A DNA stretch of 64,000 nt from an uncultured Pelagibacteraceae bacterium (GTDB taxonomy: Bacteria > Pseudomonadota > Alphaproteobacteria > Pelagibacterales > Pelagibacteraceae), in contig CACORJ010000004.1 in the NCBI GenBank assembly GCA_902629575.1, forward strand, positions 19,509 to 83,508. Reading direction: 5' to 3'. The position numbers and the translations under genes were made by a program. Within the stretch, counting starts at the first letter, position 1. The number at the start of each line of letters is the position of its first letter. Below are positions 9,476 to 19,563 of the stretch, piece by piece. The notes beneath the pieces were generated by a model. That model was not told where the DNA came from, did not search any database, and saw only the letters and a program-made list of their open reading frames with translations.

Positions 9476-9543
9476 TCTTATTTTTACCTTAAATTTATAT
9501 TGATTGTAATCCTACAAATTGTCTCTATATATTCTTCAGACGA

Positions 9544-10479
9544 ATGTCTAATAATCTTATAATTATTCAAAATTTATCTAAAATCTATGCTAATGGCTTT
9601 GAGGCGCTTAAAAAAATAAATTTAAATATAAAAAAAGGTGAGATATTTGCGATGTTAGGACCCAACGGGGCAGGCAAAACTACTTTAATTAGTATAATTT
9701 GCGGCATAGTTAGACCGTCATCGGGAATAGTAACAGTAGATAATTTGGATATTATTAAAGATTATAGACAGACAAGATCCAGAATTGGTTTAGTGCCTCA
9801 AGAATTAACCCTAGAACAATTTGAAACAGTATTTAACAATGTATCATACTCAAGAGGTTTATATGGAAAAAAACCAAACCCAAATTATATTGAAAAAATT
9901 CTTAAAGATTTAAGTCTTTGGGATAAAAAGGATTTTAAACTTAGACAGTTGTCAGGAGGAATGAAAAGAAGAGTTTTAATTGCCAAAGCTTTATCCCATG
10001 AACCATCTATTTTGTTTTTAGATGAGCCTACAGCTGGTGTAGATGTTGAATTAAGGCAAGATATGTGGACTATTGTTGAAAATTTAAGAAAAAATGGAGT
10101 AACAATTATTTTAACTACACATTATATTGAAGAGGCAGAGGCTATTGCTGATAGAGTAGGTGTAATAAATCAAGGTGAAATAATTGTAGTGGATGAAACA
10201 AAAGAGTTACTTAAAAAAAGTGGAAATAAAAAACTTAAGATTGAACTACAAGACAAAATAAAAGAAATACCAAAAAGTTTAGCAAAATATAATTTAGAAA
10301 TTGGTAAAGATAATGTACTTTTGATATATAGTTATAGTCTTCAAACTAAACAAACGGGTATAACTACATTACTTCAAGATTTAAAAGAGGCTGGATTGAA
10401 ACTTAAAGATTTAAAAACTGAACAAAGTAATCTAGAAAAAGTTTTTGTAAGTTTAGTAAAGGAAGATAATGAAATATAA
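9544..10479 (+). CDS. ABC-2 exporter ATP-binding protein (YadG-like)
   Basis: [26 protein letters not shown]. Confidence 0.9.
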   Translation: MSNNLIIIQNLSKIYANGFEALKKINLNIKKGEIFAMLGPNGAGKTTLISIICGIVRPSSGIVTVDNLDIIKDYRQTRSRIGLVPQELTLEQFETVFNNVSYSRGLYGKKPNPNYIEKILKDLSLWDKKDFKLRQLSGGMKRRVLIAKALSHEPSILFLDEPTAGVDVELRQDMWTIVENLRKNGVTIILTTHYIEEAEAIADRVGVINQGEIIVVDETKELLKKSGNKKLKIELQDKIKEIPKSLAKYNLEIGKDNVLLIYSYSLQTKQTGITTLLQDLKEAGLKLKDLKTEQSNLEKVFVSLVKEDNEI

Positions 10480-11236
10480 TTTCTATGGTTTCAAATCAAT
10501 CTATCTACATGAGATGGATCGGTTTAAAAGGACATTAATGCAATCTTTATTTTCACCAGTTCTTTCAACATCGTTGTATTTTATAGTTTTTGGATCCGTA
10601 ATTGGAAGTTATGTCGATAAAATTGATGGCATAAGTTATGGATCTTATATTGTTCCAGGTCTATTAATGTTAACTTTATTGACCCAATCCATTAGTAATA
10701 CTTCATTTGGAATTTTTTTTCCTAAATTTAATGGCACAATTTATGAAATTTTAGCAGCTCCAATATCTACTTTAGAGGTTGTTTTAGCTTTTGTAGGAGC
10801 CGGGGCTACAAAGACTTTGATAGTAGGTGCTGTAATTTTTATAACCTCAACTTTTTTTGTAGACGTGAGTGTAAAATACCCCTTATTAATGATTTTTTTG
10901 ATGTTATTAGTTGCTTTTACATTTGCATTGTTAGGCTTTTTGATTGGATTAATTAGCTCTGACTTTGAACAGATGTCAATTATCCCTACCTTAGTGATTA
11001 CACCAATGGTTTTTTTAGGGGGAAGTTTATATTCAATTGATATGCTTCCAAATTTTTGGCAAACTGTGACTTACTTTAATCCAGTTGTCTACTTGATTAA
11101 TGGTTTAAGATTTGCATTCTACGGTGTTTCTGATTTTAATATATGGATTAGTATAATTTCAATGTCACTATTTTTAATCACTTGTGTGACAGTTGTTCTT
11201 TTTCTGCTTAAAAAAGGTTATAATATAAAATCTTAA
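10469..11236 (+). CDS. ABC-2 exporter permease (YadH-like)
   Basis: [27 protein letters not shown]. Confidence 0.88.
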   Translation: MKYNFYGFKSIYLHEMDRFKRTLMQSLFSPVLSTSLYFIVFGSVIGSYVDKIDGISYGSYIVPGLLMLTLLTQSISNTSFGIFFPKFNGTIYEILAAPISTLEVVLAFVGAGATKTLIVGAVIFITSTFFVDVSVKYPLLMIFLMLLVAFTFALLGFLIGLISSDFEQMSIIPTLVITPMVFLGGSLYSIDMLPNFWQTVTYFNPVVYLINGLRFAFYGVSDFNIWISIISMSLFLITCVTVVLFLLKKGYNIKS

Positions 11237-11240
11237 ATTA

Positions 11241-12515
11241 CTAAAATTGCTCAGCCTCAGTTGATCCTTCCATTGCTGTAGTAGAACTTTTACCACTACT
11301 TATAGTATTTGAAACAGCATCAAAATAAGATGTCCCAACTTCACGTTGATGTTTAACACTTGTATATCCGTCTTTTTCTCTCGCAAATTCAAGTTCTTGA
11401 ATTTTTGAATATGCAGACATACCATCTTTTTTATATTTTTCCGCGAGTTCAAAAATAGCTATGTTTTGAGTATGAAAGCCTGCAAGGGTAATAAACTGAA
11501 ATTTATATCCCATTTTACTTATCTCCTTTTGAAAAGATGCAATCTCATTATCTGACAAATGTTTCTTCCAATTAAAAGATGGTGAGCAATTATATGCTAA
11601 AAGTTTACCTGGAAATTTCTGATGTATTGCTTCAGCAAATTTTTTTGCTTCATCAAGATTTGGAGTTGCTGTTTCACACCAAATTAAATCTGAATATGGA
11701 GCATATGCTAAACCTCTTGAAATTGCCTGATCAATTCCTGCTTTAACATAATAAAACCCCTCTGGAGATCTCTCACCATTTAAAAATGGTTTATCGTTTT
11801 CATCGTAATCATTTGTTATTAGTTTTGCAGCATTGGCATCTGTTCTAGCCAATATTATTAAAGGCACATCAGCTATATCTGCTGCCAATCTAGCAGCTTT
11901 TAAATTCTTAATCATTGTTCCTGTTGGAACTAAAACTTTACCACCCATATGACCACATTTTTTTTCACTAGCTAGTTGATCTTCAAAGTGCACACCAGCG
12001 GCGCCTGCTTTAATAAATTTTTTCGTTAATTCAAACACGTTTAAAGGACCACCAAAACCTGCTTCCCCGTCAGCAATAATCGGTAACATATAATCTGTCT
12101 TATTTTCTTTTTTCATATCACCATCAATTATTTCCATATGTTGAATTTGATCAGCCCTTATTAAAGCGTTATTCATTGATTCAACTAATTTTGGAGCACT
12201 GTCATAGGGGTATAAAGATTGATCAGGATACATCTCACCTGCACTATTAGCATCAGCTGCAACCTGCCAACCACTTAAATATATTGCCTTTAAACCAGCT
12301 TTTGCATGCTGAACTGCATGATTTCCAGAAAGTGATCCTAGAGTATTTATATATGGCTCAGAATTTAAGAGGTTCCAAAGTTTAATTGATTGATGCTTAC
12401 TCATTGAATATTCAATTTTTATTGAGCCTTTTAATCTCTCTACCTCTTCAATAGAATAATCTCTTTTTATTCCTGCAAATCTTTTTAAGTCGTAAGAAAT
12501 ATTTTCTGCGCTCAT
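11241..12515 (-). CDS. aceA: Isocitrate lyase
   Basis: [31 protein letters not shown]. Confidence 0.98.
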   Translation of the reverse strand: MSAENISYDLKRFAGIKRDYSIEEVERLKGSIKIEYSMSKHQSIKLWNLLNSEPYINTLGSLSGNHAVQHAKAGLKAIYLSGWQVAADANSAGEMYPDQSLYPYDSAPKLVESMNNALIRADQIQHMEIIDGDMKKENKTDYMLPIIADGEAGFGGPLNVFELTKKFIKAGAAGVHFEDQLASEKKCGHMGGKVLVPTGTMIKNLKAARLAADIADVPLIILARTDANAAKLITNDYDENDKPFLNGERSPEGFYYVKAGIDQAISRGLAYAPYSDLIWCETATPNLDEAKKFAEAIHQKFPGKLLAYNCSPSFNWKKHLSDNEIASFQKEISKMGYKFQFITLAGFHTQNIAIFELAEKYKKDGMSAYSKIQELEFAREKDGYTSVKHQREVGTSYFDAVSNTISSGKSSTTAMEGSTEAEQF

Positions 12516-12573
12516 TATTTTCCTGTGCTGTTAGTTAATTTTAGTGAGAAACAATTAATGGAATGAATATAAG

Positions 12574-12648
12574 TTAGTTAGAGTCGTTATGGGTCTCAAC
12601 TAGATCTTTCATTCCACTTGAACCCCAATCACAATGATCATCTCTCAT
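12574..12648 (-). CDS. uORF/leader peptide upstream of aceA (24 aa; same frame extends to ATG 12735, 53 aa)
   Basis: AGGAGAGG SD precedes ATG 12648; MRDDHCDWGSSGMKDLVETHNDSN*. Confidence 0.55.
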   Translation of the reverse strand: MRDDHCDWGSSGMKDLVETHNDSN

Positions 12649-12748
12649 GTAAATTCCTCTCCTATTATGAAGAGCTAAATCCTCATGTTTTATGATTTGA
12701 GCCTCATTTTCACTGTTTTTAATTTTATCATTCATGAATATTTTATAA

Positions 12749-12838
12749 TTTACAAGATTTACAAAATCTATAAAAAATGTTCATTTTACTTGTAAATTAA
12801 GTTTATTTTTTGTAAATTAAAATTTACAAAATTTACAA
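12749..12838. promoter_or_regulatory. Operator array of six TTTACAA/TTGTAAA heptamers
   Basis: TTTACAA at 12749, 12758, 12823, 12832; TTGTAAA at 12790, 12810; lies between divergent aceA and its regulator. Confidence 0.7.
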
Positions 12839-12840
12839 AT

Positions 12841-14535
12841 ATGCAAAAAAAACAGAATATTGGCGAAAAAATAAAAGGATTTAGAAAGAAATTGGGTCTT
12901 CAGGCTAAAAAATTAGCTGAACAATTGTCTATCTCACCAAGTTATTTGAATTTAATTGAGAGTGGAAAAAGAAGTATTGACGCTCAACTTTTGCTAAGAA
13001 TTTGCCAAGAACTTAGAATTGAATTGTCAGATTTGAAAAATGAAAATGATATTGATCTTAATAATTCAAAATTAGCAATTTCAAATTTTTCCAAGGGTAA
13101 AAATATCAATAAATTAGATTTAAAGATAGGTCCAAAAATTAAGGCTTTTAGAAGACAGCTAGGTCTTCAAGCAAATAAATTTGCTGAACAATTAAATATT
13201 TCTCCAAGTTATTTGAATTTAATTGAGAGTAGTAAAAGAAAAATAGATGGTAATTTATTAATTAAGATTAGCAAGGAGCTAAGAGTAGACCTTTCAGATC
13301 TTACAAGTAAAAGTGATATTAATTTAGAAAATGATATCTCAAATCTTTTAGATGATCAATTGTTTGAGGATTTAGATATTTTAGGTCCAGAGGTTAAAGA
13401 TTTAGTAAATACAAATCCAAAAATTGCAAAAGCACTAATAAAATTAGGTGATAATTTTAAACAAAAGGATCATGAAATTATAAATAGAGTTGAGAATATT
13501 TCTGGAAAGATTATTGACAGTAGAAAAACATCTTTTCCAGGTGAGGTAATTTCAGATTTTTTACAAGAAAATAAAAATTATTTTCCAAAGCTTGAGGACT
13601 TTGCTAATTCAATTTTTGAAAAAGTTCAAAAAAACAATAGAACCCGTTATGTAGCTCTTTGTGATTTTCTTAAAAAAGAGTATTCAATTACTGTCAAAGA
13701 TATTATTCCAGAAGAAAAAAAACCTTTTTCAAAAGTTTTTAATAGAAAAAAAAAAGAACTTTTGTTGAGCGATTATAATTCACTGGAAACAAAAAAATTA
13801 CATGCCGCAGCTCAAATTGCTCAAGAGGGTGCTATTGAAATTATTGATGATTATTTATCAAAGTTTAAATTTCCATCTGAAGAATCAAAAAGACTAACAC
13901 AAGTTGCTTTACTTAATTATTCTGGTGCTGCAATTTTAATGCCATATAAGCTTTTTCATGCTGAATGCAAAAAACTTAAATATGATTTACAACTTTTACA
14001 AAATACATTTGCAACATCTTTTGAGCAAGTAGCTCACAGGGTGACATGTTTGCAAGACTCAAAATTACCTGGAATACCTTTTCATTTTTTAAGAGTTGAT
14101 ATGGCTGGAAATATTTCTAAGAGATTTTCACTGTCCGGTATTGAGATTCCAAGATATGGTGGAGCTTGTCCAAGATGGAATGTTTATTCTGCCTTTACAA
14201 GACCTGGAGTAATTCAAGCAGCTGTTAGTAAAATGACTAATGGAGAGAAATATGTTTGTATTGCCAAAACAGTTGAAAAAGGTGTTGGTAGATATGGACA
14301 ATCTAAAAGTATCTTATCAATTGGTTTAGGTTGTGAAGCAAAGTATGCAAAAGAATTTGTATATACTGAAAACTTAGATATTTCAGACAAAAAAACTGAA
14401 ATTCCCATTGGTGTTTCCTGTAGAACATGTGACAGATTAGATTGTTCTCAAAGAGCTTTTCCACCATTACATAAAAAGTTTGATGTTGATATTAATACAA
14501 GAGGCGTGTCAGTTTATGTTAGCGATAATAATTAA
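12841..14535 (+). CDS. Short-chain fatty acyl-CoA regulator (ScfR/RamB-like) with two XRE HTH domains
   Basis: ISPSYLNLIE twice, SFEQVAHR, RVDMAGNISKR, GGACPRW, CRTCDRLDCSQRAFP. Confidence 0.9.
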   Translation: MQKKQNIGEKIKGFRKKLGLQAKKLAEQLSISPSYLNLIESGKRSIDAQLLLRICQELRIELSDLKNENDIDLNNSKLAISNFSKGKNINKLDLKIGPKIKAFRRQLGLQANKFAEQLNISPSYLNLIESSKRKIDGNLLIKISKELRVDLSDLTSKSDINLENDISNLLDDQLFEDLDILGPEVKDLVNTNPKIAKALIKLGDNFKQKDHEIINRVENISGKIIDSRKTSFPGEVISDFLQENKNYFPKLEDFANSIFEKVQKNNRTRYVALCDFLKKEYSITVKDIIPEEKKPFSKVFNRKKKELLLSDYNSLETKKLHAAAQIAQEGAIEIIDDYLSKFKFPSEESKRLTQVALLNYSGAAILMPYKLFHAECKKLKYDLQLLQNTFATSFEQVAHRVTCLQDSKLPGIPFHFLRVDMAGNISKRFSLSGIEIPRYGGACPRWNVYSAFTRPGVIQAAVSKMTNGEKYVCIAKTVEKGVGRYGQSKSILSIGLGCEAKYAKEFVYTENLDISDKKTEIPIGVSCRTCDRLDCSQRAFPPLHKKFDVDINTRGVSVYVSDNN

Positions 14536-14541
14536 TAAAAG

Positions 14542-14706
14542 ATGATTAAATATATTTTACCAGCAATTATTATTTTTCTAATTGTTTTATTTTGGGAAAA
14601 AATTTCAAATTTTATAGAAAAAAAATCAAATATAAGATTAAATTATGTGATTGTAAGCTTGCTAATTATAGTTTTGATACTAGTACTTGTGCTATTAAGT
14701 AATTAA
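14542..14706 (+). CDS. Small two-TM membrane protein (54 aa; not in ORF track)
   Basis: MIKYILPAIIIFLIVLFWEKI...IIVLILVLVLLSN*, starts 6 nt after the regulator stop. Confidence 0.55.
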   Translation: MIKYILPAIIIFLIVLFWEKISNFIEKKSNIRLNYVIVSLLIIVLILVLVLLSN

Positions 14707-14768
14707 TATTTAACTTTTATTAACAGGATAAGTTAAACTTTCTAATTCAAGATAAATATAAAAATTGA

Positions 14769-15149
14769 CTATTCCTTAGATTGTAATCCTAGTTTTTTAC
14801 TGTGTCTGAGTCTCATAACAACTATTGCAATAGCTATAAGCAGTATTGCTCCTGACTCATATACTAATGCTGAGGGATCCATCTCTTTTCCTTGAAGAAT
14901 AATAAATCTTGATAATGCAGTAATAGCGATTAATAATGGTAATGTTATACTTATAGATTGCTCCTCCCAGAAAACTCTGACCATCGCCATGACTTCTAGA
15001 TAAAGAAACATCAATAATAAGTCCGCTAGAGTTACAGTTTTGAGTTGATACATACTATAGATTTCAATAAAGACAGCAACAACTGTACTTATTAATATTA
15101 TTATTAACAATCCAAGTTGTAAATTTTTAATTAAATCTTTCACAATCAA
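14769..15149 (-). CDS. PsiE family membrane protein
   Basis: LADLLLMFLYLEV, PLLIAITALSRFII. Confidence 0.85.
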   Translation of the reverse strand: MIVKDLIKNLQLGLLIIILISTVVAVFIEIYSMYQLKTVTLADLLLMFLYLEVMAMVRVFWEEQSISITLPLLIAITALSRFIILQGKEMDPSALVYESGAILLIAIAIVVMRLRHSKKLGLQSKE

Positions 15150-15601
15150 TTTTTCTTTTTAGTAAATGGTAACCATTTTTCTTCTGGAGTTTTGTCAGGC
15201 CCATCATATTCTATATGATATGAATTATTAGAATTCAAAACTTCGATTCCTTTTGAAAAAACAAACATAAAAACTATTACAAAAAAAATTGACATTATCT
15301 TAAATGGATCAAAATTTTTTGTCCTAAAAACACTTGCAGACTTTTCTTCTGCTCTATGAAATTGTTTAAAAGTTGTGTAAACAGCAAAAATTAGACCTAT
15401 GTGAGCAATATAGAGACCAGCCCAACCAAAAGCAAAAGTTGTATAAGAAAATACATAGAGACTAAATACAGTTGTCCATATAAAGCTTAATACTAATAAG
15501 ATCTGTAACCGCACAGATTTAGGTAAAGCTCTCAAATCATTCTTGCTGTCGTCAAAAAGAATATTGGCACTCTCTCTCATCCAATTTTTTAGACTGTTCA
15601 T
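15146..15601 (-). CDS. Hypothetical membrane protein
   Basis: 151-aa ORF with three TM segments, 4-nt overlap with the PsiE gene. Confidence 0.75.
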   Translation of the reverse strand: MNSLKNWMRESANILFDDSKNDLRALPKSVRLQILLVLSFIWTTVFSLYVFSYTTFAFGWAGLYIAHIGLIFAVYTTFKQFHRAEEKSASVFRTKNFDPFKIMSIFFVIVFMFVFSKGIEVLNSNNSYHIEYDGPDKTPEEKWLPFTKKKN

Positions 15602-15732
15602 GTTTATATAATATCAAAACTAATGGACAATTGGTATAATAAATAAGAATTTTATGCTATTATGCGACATTAGCATAGCTTTAGTGACCACTTATTATTA
15701 GTAAAATATAATAATTATTCTATTCTTATTCC

Positions 15733-16305
15733 ATGATTTTAAATAAAACTAAAAGATTTCAGACCAGAATAAAAGCAAGAATCAGAAAAAATCGCCAAAT
15801 TATTAATAAAAATATTGATAATTTTTTTGATTGGATAAAAGGAGCTGAATTAGTTGAGCTCAAAGAGTGTAATACTGAAGAAGATCCAATTAGACCTCAG
15901 CTTGATAATATATTTAGAACTAATTACGGAAGAAAAATTTATGGGGTGAAATATAAAGGAGAAATTCATGCGGTAATGTGCTTTGCCTATACAAATAAAA
16001 TTCCCAAGTCAGTTGAAGAATTAGATAAATTCAGTCATGACGCCTTTTTACAAAGTGCGATGAGAGATCAAAATGTAGGTCAAATAGCAATAGCCTATAC
16101 AGTTTGGTCCAAAAAAAAGGGCGGTGGTAAATTGATAGTAAAAGAAGTTTTTAAGAAAATAAAAAAATCAAATCATCTAAATAGATTAGTTACATTGTCT
16201 CCAATAACTGAAATGGCAACTAAATTTCATCTAAAAAATGGCGCAAAGTTATTACAAATTAATGAAGACACACAAAATTTTGAATATAAAATTTTAAATA
16301 ATTAA
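15733..16305 (+). CDS. Hypothetical protein, GNAT-like motifs
   Basis: EDPIRP, AYTVWSKKKGGGK, RLVTLSP, FHLKNGA. Confidence 0.7.
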   Translation: MILNKTKRFQTRIKARIRKNRQIINKNIDNFFDWIKGAELVELKECNTEEDPIRPQLDNIFRTNYGRKIYGVKYKGEIHAVMCFAYTNKIPKSVEELDKFSHDAFLQSAMRDQNVGQIAIAYTVWSKKKGGGKLIVKEVFKKIKKSNHLNRLVTLSPITEMATKFHLKNGAKLLQINEDTQNFEYKILNN

Positions 16306-16311
16306 AGTTTT

Positions 16312-16734
16312 ATGAAAACAAAATTTAAAGCAATGGTACTTTCCTGTATTGATCCAAGATTTCAACCTTTTGTTTTTAATTTCCTTAAAAAAAAAAAATT
16401 ATCTGGTAAATATAGTTTGTTTAACATTGCAGGCGCAGCCGTTGGAGTAACTCATAAAAAATTTAAAAAGTGGCATCCAACTTTTTTTGATAATTTAAAA
16501 TCATCAATTGTATTACATAAAATTCAAAAATTAATTATTATGAATCATATTGATTGTGGCGCAGTCAAGATCGCTATTAGTAAAGAAAAGATTAATTTTT
16601 CAAATGAATTTAAAATACATAAGGAATCTTTTTTTATATTAAAAAAGATTATCAAAAAAAAATTTCCAAAATTAAAAACTGAATTTTATTTAATAACCCT
16701 AGAAAAAAAGATAATAAAATTTGACAAGATATAA
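16312..16734 (+). CDS. Beta-class carbonic anhydrase-like protein
   Basis: SCIDPR and NHIDCGA zinc ligands. Confidence 0.8.
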   Translation: MKTKFKAMVLSCIDPRFQPFVFNFLKKKKLSGKYSLFNIAGAAVGVTHKKFKKWHPTFFDNLKSSIVLHKIQKLIIMNHIDCGAVKIAISKEKINFSNEFKIHKESFFILKKIIKKKFPKLKTEFYLITLEKKIIKFDKI

Positions 16735-16753
16735 CTTAAACAGTGAAATCTGA

Positions 16754-17815
16754 ATGAATAAGATTCTATATTTTTTGATATTGGTTTTTTCATTAGATTG
16801 TGTATCAGTAGCTATGGAAAAAAAAATTTATCATCATTTACCGGATGGCACATTTAGAAATCCAGAGGGATCACCTAAAAGAAATGAAAATTTTAAGTGG
16901 TCATTTAAAATTTTCAATCAAGAAAAAAAAAAATTAGATATGTTTTTTCCAAAAGATTACGTGGTTGATAAAAATATAGTCTTAAATGATTTACGAAAAA
17001 ATAAAAATAATGATTACATTGCCTGGATTGGACATGCTACTTTCTTGATCAAATTAGGAGATATAACAATTATTACTGATCCAGTTTTTTCTAAAAATGC
17101 TGGCCCTTTATTATTTGGCCCAAAAAGATACACGAAACCTGCTTTAACTCTTAAAGAGATCCCTCCTATAGATTTATTTTTATTAACACATAATCATTAC
17201 GATCATCAAGATATGATGACAATTAGAAGGTTTCCATTTAAGAAAGCAAAAGTCTTGGTTCCTTTGAAATTAAGCAAATATTTTACAAATAATGGATATA
17301 AAAATGTCCAAGAGATGGATTGGTATGACCAAGTTACAATAAACGATAAAATGAAAATCACTTTTCTTCCAGCAGTCCACTGGTCAAAAAGGAGTTTAAC
17401 AGATACTAACAAAACTTTGTGGGGAAATTTTCTCATCGAGTACAACAATAAAAAGATATTATTTGCATGTGATACTGGCATTGGAAATATTTATAAAGAA
17501 CTAGGTTCTAGATATGGTCCGATTGATCTAACGTTAATAAATATTGGTGCATATAATTTTTATCCAATAATGCCTTACAAAGATAAATCTACTTTTCATA
17601 CAAATCCTGAGGAAGCACTTGAGATAGCAAGAGATCTAAGGAGTAAAAAAGTTATTGGAATGCATTGGGGTACATTTGTTCTTTCATTAGAGCCAATTAC
17701 TGAACCTCCTCTTAGATTTAAAGAGAATGCATCTAAATATGGTTACAATCAAAATGAAGCTTTAATTTTTAATATTGGTCAAATAACGCCACTAAATGAC
17801 ATAATAAATTATTAG
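16754..17815 (+). CDS. MBL-fold hydrolase (NAPE-PLD/RomA-like)
   Basis: WIGHAT, THNHYDH, PAVHWSKR, MHWGTF. Confidence 0.88.
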   Translation: MNKILYFLILVFSLDCVSVAMEKKIYHHLPDGTFRNPEGSPKRNENFKWSFKIFNQEKKKLDMFFPKDYVVDKNIVLNDLRKNKNNDYIAWIGHATFLIKLGDITIITDPVFSKNAGPLLFGPKRYTKPALTLKEIPPIDLFLLTHNHYDHQDMMTIRRFPFKKAKVLVPLKLSKYFTNNGYKNVQEMDWYDQVTINDKMKITFLPAVHWSKRSLTDTNKTLWGNFLIEYNNKKILFACDTGIGNIYKELGSRYGPIDLTLINIGAYNFYPIMPYKDKSTFHTNPEEALEIARDLRSKKVIGMHWGTFVLSLEPITEPPLRFKENASKYGYNQNEALIFNIGQITPLNDIINY

Positions 17816-17887
17816 CTATAATATTACATAATACTCTATCTTTTAACTGTGTTTAAAATAAGTTAATTAGTGATATTAAAAAATTTG

Positions 17888-18892
17888 ATGAAAATAATAT
17901 ACATTCCAGTTTCTAAGAAAATTAAACATACAAGTTTTATGAATCTAATAAAATGTTTTTTATATGATCTTTATATAATATTTAAAAATTTTTTTTTTAG
18001 TAAAAGACTGACAAATAATACATCTGGTTATATTGAGTCAGCACTAAACACAAATGCAAAAATACTTCTATTACCCTATAATTTTTGTATATTTTTTTCT
18101 AAATTATTGAATCCGTTTTTTGATGGAATTTTTATCAATTGGAAATTCACAAATCTTAGAAATGATAAAAATTTAGAACTTAAATTAATAAAATTATCAG
18201 AAAAATTTAATATAAAAAAAATAATTGTAGATACTAGGGATGGAGCGCATAGTAAAATAAATGATGAAATAATCGATAAGTTTGATTACGTTATAAAAAG
18301 AGAGAAGAGTAAATATATAACAAATAAAAAATATTTTACCACAATGCTTCCTTGCACATTAGTTAATTATGAAATTTCAAAAAAAGATGAATTTATTAAT
18401 TGGAATGAAATTGGAAATTCAAAACCAAATGAAAAATTTAAATATGATATTTTTTTTTCTGGGCAAGGAACTTCAAAAAATAGATTTGAAATTATAGAAT
18501 TGATAAAAAAAAGAAACTTTAACTTTTATGGGGGACTTGAGAATTCTATTCTACCTTACAAAAAATATTTAGATACTATATACGATTCTACAATTAATTT
18601 AGCTCTTGAAGGAAAAGGTGAATTTACGTTTAGACATTTAGAAATTTTAGCTAGTTGTTCTTTTATGATATGTGAAAAATCAATAAATGAAATTGAATTA
18701 CCAATACCACTTGAAGATGGTAAACACTTTATTTCTTTTCAAGATAATAATGATTTAATTGAAAAGATTGATTTTTATTTAAAAAATAAAGAGCTTAGAT
18801 ATAAAATTGCGGCAGGTGGAAGACAACTCTTAGAAGAATACTATTCTCCAAAAAGACATGGAAGGTTTATTCTTAATAAAATTTTTAATTAA
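17888..18892 (+). CDS. Glycosyltransferase (Glyco_trans_1_2/CgeB-like)
   Basis: FRHLEILA, DGKHFISF, KIAAGGR C-terminal domain. Confidence 0.75.
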   Translation: MKIIYIPVSKKIKHTSFMNLIKCFLYDLYIIFKNFFFSKRLTNNTSGYIESALNTNAKILLLPYNFCIFFSKLLNPFFDGIFINWKFTNLRNDKNLELKLIKLSEKFNIKKIIVDTRDGAHSKINDEIIDKFDYVIKREKSKYITNKKYFTTMLPCTLVNYEISKKDEFINWNEIGNSKPNEKFKYDIFFSGQGTSKNRFEIIELIKKRNFNFYGGLENSILPYKKYLDTIYDSTINLALEGKGEFTFRHLEILASCSFMICEKSINEIELPIPLEDGKHFISFQDNNDLIEKIDFYLKNKELRYKIAAGGRQLLEEYYSPKRHGRFILNKIFN

Positions 18893-18935
18893 TAAAGATT
18901 TTTATTACAGAAAATTTGATATATATCCTTAATTT

Positions 18936-19487
18936 ATGAAACTTAAAATTTTATTAATTTTATTCTTAATTTTTCCATGTCAAAACAATCTAATTGCCAA
19001 TGAAAGAGAAATTGAGTTAAATAAATTATTTAAAGAGCTTAAGGTTAAGAACTTAAGCTTAACGTTTGGAATAGAAAAAAAAATATGGAAAATATGGAGC
19101 ACACATCCTTATGATCAAAAATTGACCGAAAGATTGAATGAAGGATCAAATTTTGTAAAGAATAATCAATTAATTCAGGCAGTAGAAATTTTTACTGAGA
19201 TTATTAATAAAGATCCAAACTGGGCAGAAGCATGGAATAAAAGGGCAACAGTTTTATATATAATAGGTGATTATGAAGGTTCTCAAAAGGATATAGATAA
19301 AGTTTTAAGTTTAGAAACAAGACATTTTGGAGCTCTCGCAGGACAGGGGCTAGTAAATATTAAACTAAAAAATTATGAAAAAGCAATTGAAAGCTACGAG
19401 AAAGTTCAAGATATTTATCCCGCTATGGAGTCTTCAAAAATAATGATAAAACAAATAAAAGAACTAATTAATCAGGAACTTATTTAA
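18936..19487 (+). CDS. Exported TPR protein
   Basis: DPNWAEAWNKRA, RHFGALAG. Confidence 0.85.
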   Translation: MKLKILLILFLIFPCQNNLIANEREIELNKLFKELKVKNLSLTFGIEKKIWKIWSTHPYDQKLTERLNEGSNFVKNNQLIQAVEIFTEIINKDPNWAEAWNKRATVLYIIGDYEGSQKDIDKVLSLETRHFGALAGQGLVNIKLKNYEKAIESYEKVQDIYPAMESSKIMIKQIKELINQELI

Positions 19488-19563
19488 TTATAAAATTCTT
19501 AAAGATTATTAAAAAAATTGTACCTTTATATAATTATAATTAATTAATAGATTAAAACACTAA

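Noticed and set aside
12749-12838. Heptamer repeats as a CRISPR array, iterons or origin
   Set aside because: Too short and irregular, no cas genes or DnaA boxes; better explained as regulator sites
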